A DNA stretch of 64,000 nucleotides from NCBI GenBank assembly GCA_963665275.2, contig CAXXIN010000013.1:224001-288000 (forward strand), given 5' to 3'. The DNA is from Negativicutes bacterium (GTDB lineage: Bacteria > Bacillota > Negativicutes > UBA1444). Of the stretch, positions 1-7,605 are shown piece by piece (position 1 is the stretch's first letter; each line of letters starts with the position of its first letter). Both the position numbers and the translations under genes were made by a program. The notes beneath the pieces are model-generated. The model worked only from the letters and a program-made list of their open reading frames with translations. It was not told where the DNA came from and did not search any database.

Positions 1-59
1 GCGGCAGTCAACGCATCGACCATATCATGCAAATCAAAAGTATCATAAATTTCAATCAT
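1..59 (-). CDS. 5' end of a gene running off the window, possibly an HD-GYP domain protein
   Basis: AAAGGAAG RBS, then ATG and MIEIYDTFDLHDMVDALTA...; resembles the helix preceding HD-GYP domains; only 19 codons visible. Confidence 0.4.
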   Translation of the reverse strand, partial: MIEIYDTFDLHDMVDALTA

Positions 60-111
60 TCAAGTATAGCTTCCTTTCTCGCTCATTCATCATTCCACCA
101 GATCGTCGAAA

Positions 112-150
112 CCCTTCGCGACGTTCCACCGTTACTCCGGCATAATTTTC
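112..150 (-). pseudogene. feoB: micro-remnant of the feoB G2 motif
   Basis: Translates ENYAGVTVERREG (FeoB consensus GNYPGVTVEKKEG) with no surrounding ORF. Confidence 0.5.
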
Positions 151-268
151 CGCAGGCGGCCTTGCGCCATTAATATTGTTAATTTTGCATTCTATTCATT
201 GCATCTACAGCAGCCGGTTTCAATATAGCAACGTTCGCCTTCATTATTTGTGCCTCCAATTATTTAAT

Positions 269-283
269 TGATAATTTATTTCA
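269..283. promoter_or_regulatory. Fur-box-like site
   Basis: TGATAATTTATTTCA versus the 7-1-7 consensus TGATAATnATTATCA; one perfect half-site; upstream of a feoB remnant. Confidence 0.45.
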
Positions 284-460
284 TTTACTATAATGCTATT
301 GTTTTTTTCACCTTCTGTCAATTCGCTTATATACTCGTAGCAGTATTTATTACAAGTCTGCAAAAACAAAACTAGACGGAAAAGCATCCCCTCAAGGGCA
401 CCCTTCTCCGCCTAACTCACATCCACTCAGTATTTACCTTTTACATGATATATATTATCT

Positions 461-770
461 ATTACATATTGCGTGCTTGAATCCAAATCAGATAGATAAC
501 GCCGAGCAAAATGACCGACCCAAAAATCCGATCACAAACAACCTTGTCAATTCTACCCTCGCCGGATGTCAAACTATAAGTTCCCGGAAAGTCAATCACC
601 TCCATCATTTTTTCGGCCTTGGCGAGTGTACCAGCCGCTCATTTTTTCGACCGTTACCCCCGGATAATTCGCAACAAACTGCCTGGTGCCGGCAAGTGCA
701 TTAAAAACAGTCGATTTTCCGCCATTGGGCTGCCCTGCACGAGCAATCAAAAAAAATGCAGTTTCGCCAC
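461..770 (-). pseudogene. feoB: feoB pseudogene with large internal deletion
   Basis: Not in the ORF track. Reads LIARAGQPNGGKSTVFNALAGTRQFVANYPGVTVEKMSG (G1/G2), then after a frameshift MEVIDFPGTYSLTS (G3), joined directly to RIDKVVCDRIFGSVILLGVIYLIW (first TM region), then stop. Confidence 0.85.
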
Positions 771-772
771 GA

Positions 773-1720
773 TTAAAACTCGTGCTTCAACCAAATTTCA
801 AGTTTAGAGTTTTTCGCGTTATCACCCAGGCGGACCTGATCTTTATAAATCACTTCCAACGCAAGCTTGTCATTGATCGCGTGTGTCAACCCGTAATAAA
901 AGCCTCGATTTCCACCATCAAAATCACTTTGTCCTCCCATCGCCGCATTTTCTTCTACACGAAAATTAGTTAGATACAAAGCGGTTTTACCATCAAAATC
1001 ATAAGTCCAATTAATCGCGTAAGCTCTATTGTCCTGGCTGGCAGTCGATTGCGTGTACTCGGCAACAAAGGTGCTCTTACCCCAGGTTGTACCAGCATCG
1101 ACGGCCCAGTGATTGGTCGTGTCGCCGTCAACCACTTGATATTTACCCCAAGTCACCCCCGCATTGGTCACTTTCGAAAAATTATAGCCTGCCCGCAAAG
1201 CGAACAAATCATTGTTTGTCATGCCGACATTATTCTCACGGGCAGCAATACCGGAGAATTCATACTGGCCCGATGCGCCCGAAAACGTTAATCCGTCAAC
1301 GAACTTTCCATAACCGACATTAGTATCGGCACGACTGTACAGCAACGCGGTTTTCCCGATCATTGCCTCCTGGCGGCCCAAGTTGAACGAGAAATCACCC
1401 GGCTTGTACAAAAGACCAAACTGATCAATTTGGGCAACGAACTTATTATCAGTACCATGAGCATCCAGATTGTAGTCCGATAAGGATGGATTACTGGCGT
1501 ACTGCGCAGCCAGGCGGGCATAAACAGACAGATTTTTCCCAATAAGCTGCCTTCCCCGAATTGTCAGCGTTGTCATTGTTCCTGATTCGGTCGCGCCATC
1601 CGCAGTAACTGATTGATGCTTGACCGTGGCTGTCCCTGTAATTTCAAGCGGCTCGGCATGAGTCGGTGTCGTCATCGTCAGCAGGAATCCAACTGCGAAG
1701 ACTGCAATGATGGTTTTCAT
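773..1720 (-). CDS. outer-membrane porin-like beta-barrel protein
   Basis: Signal peptide MKTII...PTHA, amphipathic beta-strand pattern, C-terminal aromatic BAM signal WLKHEF. Confidence 0.75.
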   Translation of the reverse strand: MKTIIAVFAVGFLLTMTTPTHAEPLEITGTATVKHQSVTADGATESGTMTTLTIRGRQLIGKNLSVYARLAAQYASNPSLSDYNLDAHGTDNKFVAQIDQFGLLYKPGDFSFNLGRQEAMIGKTALLYSRADTNVGYGKFVDGLTFSGASGQYEFSGIAARENNVGMTNNDLFALRAGYNFSKVTNAGVTWGKYQVVDGDTTNHWAVDAGTTWGKSTFVAEYTQSTASQDNRAYAINWTYDFDGKTALYLTNFRVEENAAMGGQSDFDGGNRGFYYGLTHAINDKLALEVIYKDQVRLGDNAKNSKLEIWLKHEF

Positions 1721-1906
1721 AAAACACTTCCCTTTCAATTGAAACAAATTATCGTTTGTATAATATATCAGGAATATATTGATGTCAAGTCACTTTATAA
1801 TAATCCAAGGAAAACAAAAGCCTTATTTGCTAATTATTTAGCCTTTCATCAGCTTTATATCCGCTCTCGTTTTCTAGCTAAAATTACAATTTCATTTTTA
1901 TTTAAA

Positions 1907-1921
1907 TGAAAATATTTATCA
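1907..1921. promoter_or_regulatory. Fur-box-like site upstream of the porin
   Basis: TGAAAATATTTATCA, 13/15 match to TGATAATnATTATCA. Confidence 0.55.
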
Positions 1922-2000
1922 TAATTAACGTATATCATTATAAATAGCCCGTCAACCTTTTGAACCCGCCAACAGTTTGGGACAGGAGTTGCAAAACAGC

Positions 2001-2052
2001 AAAAAGGAGCTGTTTCGAACAGATTTTCATCTATCCGAAACAGCTCCTTTTT
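2001..2052. terminator. intrinsic terminator-like hairpin
   Basis: AAAAAGGAGCTGTTTCG ... CGAAACAGCTCCTTTTT inverted repeat. Confidence 0.65.
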
Positions 2053-2266
2053 TCATCCTGCCCAAATGAAGGAATTATGGATTCGTCACGCCCATGAAGG
2101 CGATATCCTAAACATCTACCGCCTGCAGTTTTGCGAAGGCTGGCTGCTCGAGCGTAGCGAGATCGCCCCTGTATGCCCCGGCGGTCCATCCCCTGTTTCC
2201 GCAAAAAGCGGTCGAAGAAGAGCTGCTGCCGGCGTGAAGCTGCTGGAGGCAGGGGTGAATGGGTGA

Positions 2267-2656
2267 TCAACCGCCTATCAATTGCACCCATACTTGCCGG
2301 GTCCGGGGTCCGTCAAATTCGCAAAAGTATATCCCCTGCCACGTTCCCAGACATAACCGCCCGTCTACAATCGGAATGGTCATGGAGCAGCCAACAAGAG
2401 TGCTTTTTACATGAGCAGGGGAATTTCCCTCGCTATGGCGATACGGCAAGTCCGGCACCATCCGTTTCAATGCTGCCAACATATCCGTCACGACATCCGG
2501 GTCGGCGTTTTCATTGATCGTCACCCCAGCTGTGGTATGCGGCACAAAGATCTGGCATAGGCCGTTTTGGATTTTTCCTGCTTCCACGATCTGGCGGACT
2601 TGCTTTGTAATGTCGACAAAATCCTCCGCAGGTGTGTGCAATGTGATTTGTTCCAT
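2267..2656 (-). CDS. yjbQ: YjbQ/UPF0047 family protein
   Basis: Motifs HTTAGVTINENADPDV, H.EGNSPAHVKS and LGTWQGIYFCEFDGPR. Confidence 0.92.
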   Translation of the reverse strand: MEQITLHTPAEDFVDITKQVRQIVEAGKIQNGLCQIFVPHTTAGVTINENADPDVVTDMLAALKRMVPDLPYRHSEGNSPAHVKSTLVGCSMTIPIVDGRLCLGTWQGIYFCEFDGPRTRQVWVQLIGG

Positions 2657-2715
2657 GATTATTCCACCTCATGATAGTCGTTAAATGGGGAAAACGCCCA
2701 ACTCAATACCTTCTT

Positions 2716-3003
2716 TTACCCACCGAATTCTGCATTGCTGAAAACCTGCTGTTGCCAATATTCTCGGGCCCGATCAAGCGAACGGGCCGGATCGGCCATG
2801 TCCTGTATGCGTTCATAGCCAACCTTGGCCAGCCATTGTTTGAACGGTTCCGCTTTGGGCGATGGAATGGACTGGATAATTCGCAACAGCCCTTGAACAT
2901 TCGACGTATCGGTAAGTCGCATTTTCCCGTCCGGCGCTTTCATTTTGAACTGTCGACAAATTGTCGACAGTTCAACTCCATCTTCACTCTTTACCCGCAA
3001 TTT
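2716..3003 (-). pseudogene. Bro-N domain (phage antirepressor-like) gene fragment
   Basis: KMKAPDGKMRLTD...LLRIIQSIPSPKAEPFKQWLAKVG; begins exactly at the intron 3' end with no N-terminus and ends prematurely. Confidence 0.8.
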
Positions 3004-5384
3004 GTTACCCTAAGCCAGCAAGTCGCCCTACTGACTCGGCTTCAAAACCGGACTTGACAGTTTCCCGTCATCCGGCTCCTCAACTTTCCATACTTTCTGA
3101 AGAGCGGCTCCTATTTCGACAATGCTCATGTGCCAGTTGACTGATCTCCCGTTGTCTACCATTCTTACTTTTGCCGATTCGCTCCATGACGGCTACCGGT
3201 TCCGACATCCGGGTAAAGTACAAACCACATATCGCGCAGCATCCCTTTTGTTTCTTGAGAAGCCTTGCGACGTAATTGTCCAGTTCCGGATGCCGCCCCA
3301 TCCGAGTGGCCCAGTACAACCAGTCCCCATCATAAGGACTGCGTTTTCTGTCCACTTTGATGTGACGACGAATCGGTGTTTCACCGTGCAGGTACAGGGT
3401 CGCCCCCTCCGAAGAACGGAATTGCCATCGCTTGCCGTTATGATGCCAATACTTTCGGTAGATCCATTGCTTCGCTTTGTTTGGGTGTCTGCGTTTCATC
3501 CAGGCCCACAGCTTTTCCCACAGAACGTGCTGCAATTTGCTGAACATTCTAGATGAAGCCTGGGTGGAATAGTAGCGACACCAGCCCCGAATAATCGGGT
3601 TGAGTATGCGAATCAGTTTCTCCTGTGTACCGGCTTGGAGGCTGTCGATGACTTCTCCCATTCTATCTTGGTGGCGAAGGACACCATCCTTGCTGGGACG
3701 AATCAGTGGGAGAAACGTTAATCGCTCCTCACTGTTCGTATACCGTCGGGTATGGGTTTGCCCCGCTGGTACCTGTTGTATATGGAAGCCGAGGAAATCA
3801 AATCCCGGCGGCTGCCCGTTGATCGCTTCCAAGGTATGGACGATGCGGGTTTTGGTCGGACTTAATTCCAGACCCATCGTTGCCAGCCATTTCTCCGTAA
3901 CTTTGCGGAGATTATGGATGACTTCCAAGTCGCGATGCATGATCACAAAGTCGTCCGCGTACCGGATGACCCGAGGCCACCACGTCACGTCTTCTCCTGC
4001 AATCATACGGCGATAAGGGATTTGACGCTTGATCTCCTCTTCCAACCCATGCAGCGCGATGTTTGCCAAGAGCGGAGAAATCACCCCTCCTTGCGGCGTC
4101 CCTCGCTCTGCCCGCTGGAAGACGTCTCCTTCCATTACTCCAGCTTTTAACCACCTTCGCACGATGCGACGCACCCGTGGGGCTGCGTCCATCTTATTGA
4201 GTAGCGCGCGGTGGTCGATGCGGTCGAAACATTTTGCAATGTCCGCATCCAGTACATATTTCGGTTGATGAGCAATTTGTCCGAATATGTATTGAATCGC
4301 ATCATGGCAGCCCCTGCCGGGACGGAAGCCGTAGCTGTTTGGTTCAAACCGGGCTTCCCATTCCGGCTCCAGAGCCTGCTTGACCATCGCCTGTGCCGCC
4401 CGGTCTTGAAGGACCGGGATTCCCAGCGCTCGTCGCTCCGTTTTCCCCGGTTTGGGGATGTATATACGGCGCACGGCCTGTGGCACAGGAATCTGCTTGA
4501 GCTGTTTGGCCAACTGGATTTTGTCTTCCTGGCTGATGGAGGCTATCTTATCCACGCCGGGCGTTTTCTTCCCGGCGTTGTCTTGAGCCACGCGCCGCAC
4601 GGCGAGTAACCGGGCGGGCCACGAGGCGATAAGCAGCCGCTGCAGCCGTTGAACATTTCGCTTGTCGCCCTTTAGAGTCGCTTGGTAGATTCGTTTTTGA
4701 AGCTTGAAAACCGCCCGCTCGACTTGCGGCCAGCAAATGGTCTTCCATTCATCCATCGGCAGTTGTGCCGTGTCCATGACATATCCACTCCTACTATCGA
4801 AATACCATTTGGAAAACCGGGGCCACGTCTGCTTATCCGTCGGCTTTCCCGACGGCATTTGCTTCTTGGCCCATCCTGCCCTCCGTTGGCATACGGTTGA
4901 CTGCCTGCTCCGAAAAGAATCCGGAGAGCCAGCGGAGAGTTACCCCGTTCCTGAATATCGTTTTGCGTAAAGGGTAGAACCGCACTATCCACCGGGTTTC
5001 TGTGAGTGTGGAACCGGTCGCAACTCGAGACGCCGGCCTCGTATCCTTGTCCGTTTTGGACCAAGCCCTTCGGTCCGCGTTGGGGGCTTGTTCTGGTTGA
5101 CGGTGGTTCACGCATGCGTTCGCTTTCGCTGTTCTTGCTTTACCTGCTTGCGGGAGTTCCCGAGTCGGACTCCGGGTTACCCGCGTTTCGCCCATGCTGG
5201 CACCGTTCGGTTTGTCACTTCCGCACAGTGTGGGCGATGATGTTCCCTGTCCACCACAGGGGCTGGGAATTGAGTTTCCTCGCGCCCAGCTTCGATATTC
5301 AAGTTGTCGCTGAAGGCCTTCTGACCTTCACTGCCTCCCATCCCTTCAAACCCATGGCTTGAATTTCAGGAGAACGGGTCGCAC
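3004..5384 (-). mobile_element. group II intron (IIB, chloroplast-like class), apparently full length, ~2.38 kb
   Basis: 5' end GTGCGACCCGTTC at 5384; domain V GAGCCGGATGACGGGAAACTGTCAAGTCCGGTTTTG and domain VI ending GGGTAAC at 3004; RT ORF inside; EBS1 CGAGUU (5022-5027) pairs with the exon end AACUUG. Confidence 0.92.
3080..4777 (-). CDS. ltrA: group II intron reverse transcriptase/maturase
   Basis: RT0 (VFKLQKRIYQA, N.GKKTPGVD), GTPQGGVISPLLANIALHG, RYADD, domain X (LNPIIRGWCRYY), degenerate HNH tail; AGGAG RBS before ATG 4777. Confidence 0.95.
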   Translation of the reverse strand: MDTAQLPMDEWKTICWPQVERAVFKLQKRIYQATLKGDKRNVQRLQRLLIASWPARLLAVRRVAQDNAGKKTPGVDKIASISQEDKIQLAKQLKQIPVPQAVRRIYIPKPGKTERRALGIPVLQDRAAQAMVKQALEPEWEARFEPNSYGFRPGRGCHDAIQYIFGQIAHQPKYVLDADIAKCFDRIDHRALLNKMDAAPRVRRIVRRWLKAGVMEGDVFQRAERGTPQGGVISPLLANIALHGLEEEIKRQIPYRRMIAGEDVTWWPRVIRYADDFVIMHRDLEVIHNLRKVTEKWLATMGLELSPTKTRIVHTLEAINGQPPGFDFLGFHIQQVPAGQTHTRRYTNSEERLTFLPLIRPSKDGVLRHQDRMGEVIDSLQAGTQEKLIRILNPIIRGWCRYYSTQASSRMFSKLQHVLWEKLWAWMKRRHPNKAKQWIYRKYWHHNGKRWQFRSSEGATLYLHGETPIRRHIKVDRKRSPYDGDWLYWATRMGRHPELDNYVARLLKKQKGCCAICGLYFTRMSEPVAVMERIGKSKNGRQREISQLAHEHCRNRSRSSESMES

Positions 5385-5457
5385 CAAGTTTGATCAAGAG
5401 CCAAGCGGCCACTGCAATCGGGAATCCCACCTGGGATATGAGCTGCGCCCAGTCCAT
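5385..5457 (-). pseudogene. yvrJ: YvrJ-family small membrane protein, 5' exon interrupted by the intron
   Basis: Not in the ORF track. MDWAQLISQVGFPIAVAAWLLIKL| matches the YvrJ signature GFPIAVA..LL and follows DUF2922, as is usual for the family. Confidence 0.8.
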
Positions 5458-5461
5458 CGGA

Positions 5462-5674
5462 CTACGCCAGCACCGTGGTGTCCTGAGTCAGGATGATCGG
5501 ATCGACTGCCGAGATGAGATCTCCGCCGCTCGATGCGAACAGGTTTCGGGCGATGATCATGGTTTGTGTGGCAACGGCTTCCGCTTTGGTGAGGTTTTCT
5601 TTTGGATTGGCGATGAGGATGTTCACATCCTTGCCTGCCGCGTTCTTGAAGCCGAGTTTGGCTGTTCTAGTCAT
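5462..5674 (-). CDS. DUF2922 family protein
   Basis: 70 aa, L.F.NAAGK.V.I.I.NPKENLT..E...M.II..NLF..SGGDL; AGGAGG RBS. Confidence 0.85.
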   Translation of the reverse strand: MTRTAKLGFKNAAGKDVNILIANPKENLTKAEAVATQTMIIARNLFASSGGDLISAVDPIILTQDTTVLA

Positions 5675-5710
5675 CGGTTGCTCCTCCTTTCGCCAGATTT
5701 TTTACCGGCG

Positions 5711-5935
5711 TTACTCGCCGATCAGGTTGGCGCTGTCGGTGCGAACGATCGCAACGAGCGATTTCGCCTGCAGTCCCGCGAGACTGGCGCCGACATCATA
5801 GATGTCCTGGTCGGTGGCGGTCGGTTTCACGTTGGAAAAGCTCAGCGTCTTGAAGACGTTGGCCCCGGTGGCGCTGACGCCATTCACGACTTTGATGCCG
5901 ATCCGGGATTCCTGGGGTGCTTTCGTAACAGCCAT
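5711..5935 (-). CDS. DUF1659 family protein
   Basis: 74 aa, G....G..VFKT.SFSNVKP.ATDQDIYDVG..LAGLQ; AAGGAGG RBS. Confidence 0.85.
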   Translation of the reverse strand: MAVTKAPQESRIGIKVVNGVSATGANVFKTLSFSNVKPTATDQDIYDVGASLAGLQAKSLVAIVRTDSANLIGE

Positions 5936-6047
5936 GAGGATCCCTCCTTCCTGGGTAACGCGGATTTCGCGCTCCCAAACATTCTATGAAAAACGGGACT
6001 CAGTGCCCCGATTTTCCGGTTGTGCCCACATCCCTCTTTTTTTTCCT

Positions 6048-6172
6048 TCCGGCGGTTCAGCAAGGTCCAGATACAAGGCACGGCGAGGCTTGTACTGCGC
6101 CGCGTACAGGTCGTACGCAAGCAGTGCAAACACAGTCGTAACGCCGTAGATGGGCCTTGCTGGGCCGCCGGA
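6048..6172. repeat. 125-bp long imperfect palindrome, MITE-like
   Basis: Arms TCCGGCGGTTCAGCAAGGTCCA (6048-6069) and TGGGCCTTGCTGGGCCGCCGGA (6151-6172); inner CGTAC...GTACG hairpin. Confidence 0.6.
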
Positions 6173-6175
6173 CAA

Positions 6176-6327
6176 ACAAAAAAGGACACGCCATGGCGAC
6201 GTGTCCCGAAACGGGGATGGAGGTACTATATGGCAGCCGCAAGGTAATTAGTCCTGCGGGTGAGCCCGGTATCGTGCGCCCCATCCCCATAGAGCCTATG
6301 TAGTTTTCAAGGTTTGTTTTTGTCTAC
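6176..6327 (-). ncRNA. candidate structured small RNA
   Basis: TTCACG-N16-TATAAT promoter (6334-6361), closing stem GGGGATGG/CCATCCCC, inner hairpin CCGCAGG..CCTTGCGG, own terminator; no credible ORF. Confidence 0.45.
6178..6207 (-). terminator. intrinsic terminator
   Basis: GGGACACGTCGCCATGGCGTGTCC followed by TTTTTT on the minus strand. Confidence 0.75.
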
Positions 6328-6346
6328 AGTCTTATTATACGTCGGT

Positions 6347-6919
6347 TTATTCGTCCGTGAACGCCTCCGGCGGAAATTTTTTCAGTTCTTTTTCATAGTC
6401 ATCCACTGCCACCGCGATGGCGGCTCCCATCCGCCATTGCTCCAGCGAATCGGTGAGCATTTCTCGGTCCACCACATTGGATATAAAGCCTCCTTCGACG
6501 AGCACCGCCGGGCAGTCAGTCTCCCTCAGCACCTGGAAGCTCGCTTCCTTGACGCCCCGGTCGTCGGTAAGCATGGCGTCGGTCATGCAGAACTGGATGC
6601 AGCGGGCCAGCTGCCGCCCTTTGATACTGCCGGGATAGTAGTACGTTTCTGTCCCGTCGGCATCTAGGTTCTCCGAACTGTTACAGTGGATGCTGATGAA
6701 CAGGTCGGCGCCCCACTGGTTGGCCCGTTCCGCCCGAAAGGCCAGCCCATCGCTTTCGATGTGCTTGGATCGAGTCAGAACGACCGCGTGTCCGCGCAGC
6801 TTGAGCTCCGCTCTGGCAAAGCGGGCGATGTACCAGTTGATGTCGGCTTCATTGAAACCGCCGGCGCACGCCCCAGGTTCCACGGGGCCGCTATGCCCCG
6901 GATCAAGTACGATTTTCAT
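6347..6919 (-). CDS. N-acetylmuramoyl-L-alanine amidase (Amidase_3), catalytic domain only
   Basis: IVLDPGHSG, E..IN, FISIHCN and PAVLVEGGFISN zinc motifs; GGGAGG RBS; no signal peptide or binding domain. Confidence 0.92.
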   Translation of the reverse strand: MKIVLDPGHSGPVEPGACAGGFNEADINWYIARFARAELKLRGHAVVLTRSKHIESDGLAFRAERANQWGADLFISIHCNSSENLDADGTETYYYPGSIKGRQLARCIQFCMTDAMLTDDRGVKEASFQVLRETDCPAVLVEGGFISNVVDREMLTDSLEQWRMGAAIAVAVDDYEKELKKFPPEAFTDE

Positions 6920-6955
6920 AACACAACCTCCCGCATATTTTTTTATTCCTGTCGA

Positions 6956-7089
6956 TTTATCCATCGCACAGCCTGTAAGACCCCGCCCTCTTAGGCCTTC
7001 GGATAAACAGGCTGTAGTTCGAAGTAAATTCGACTAAGATTCAGGTGGCGTTAAAACACCATCTGAATCAAGTCTACATTTATTTACCG
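6956..7089. repeat. 134-bp palindromic MITE-like element, copy 1
   Basis: Identical to 45932-46065; hairpins ACAGCCTGT..ACAGGCTGT, TCGAAGTAAATTCGA and GATTCAGGTGG..CCATCTGAATC; TTTAT at both ends. Confidence 0.9.
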
Positions 7090-7605
7090 GTTTCCCAGAT
7101 TTCCTGCCAAGGCGCGAATTACGGCGCCCATCCCGGATAGCGCGAGCACTTTCTCGTTTTCCTGGTTTTCCCGCCGGCGGCTGCGCATCGACTCATAGAG
7201 CCGTAGGAAATGAGCCCGGTCCGCTTCGGGATTTTCTCCCCTACAGAGCTGCGGCCAGCCAATCGACTGCGCCGCCCGCTTAACCGTATCGCAGCTGTAT
7301 TTCGGCGCCCTATACGGTCCGATCTCTTGAATCAACCTGCCAACTTCCTCCCAGGCTTCGGCGGCAGTCGGCAACTTTTCATTCCGTGGATCAAGTTCAT
7401 TCGCCGCCGCCACAACCTGGGCCACGCTGGGGAAGAACTGTGATTCGCGGCACACCTTGATGATCGCCGCCTTGGCTACGATGACATCGAGATCGGAGAG
7501 CATCAACGTCCAGGCCTCGACAATCGGCCGAGGATCCCGGGCCTGCATTGCAGGATAGGAGCTGGATGCCATCGCCACCAGTGCCAAGGTTTCCTGTCGG
7601 GTCAT
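7084..7605 (-). CDS. phage replicative helicase loader/inhibitor (G39P-like)
   Basis: MTRQE...SYP...W..ML.D......A.......S.FFPSVAQV followed by TA.EAW; ATGA overlap with the rep stop. Confidence 0.8.
   Translation of the reverse strand: MTRQETLALVAMASSSYPAMQARDPRPIVEAWTLMLSDLDVIVAKAAIIKVCRESQFFPSVAQVVAAANELDPRNEKLPTAAEAWEEVGRLIQEIGPYRAPKYSCDTVKRAAQSIGWPQLCRGENPEADRAHFLRLYESMRSRRRENQENEKVLALSGMGAVIRALAGNLGNR

Noticed and set aside
2066-2266. 66-aa ORF with a GNAT-like start (WIRHAHEGDILNIYRL)
   Set aside because: No RBS and the similarity fades after ~20 aa; at most a remnant
3080-4858. RT as a retron, DGR or defence-associated reverse transcriptase
   Set aside because: It has RT0 and domain X and sits inside a canonical GUGCG...AC intron with domains V/VI; no template/variable repeat pair or msr-msd was seen
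6920-6964. N-terminal extension MDKSTGIKK of the amidase
   Set aside because: That ATG is supplied by the inserted 134-bp repeat; the RBS precedes ATG 6919
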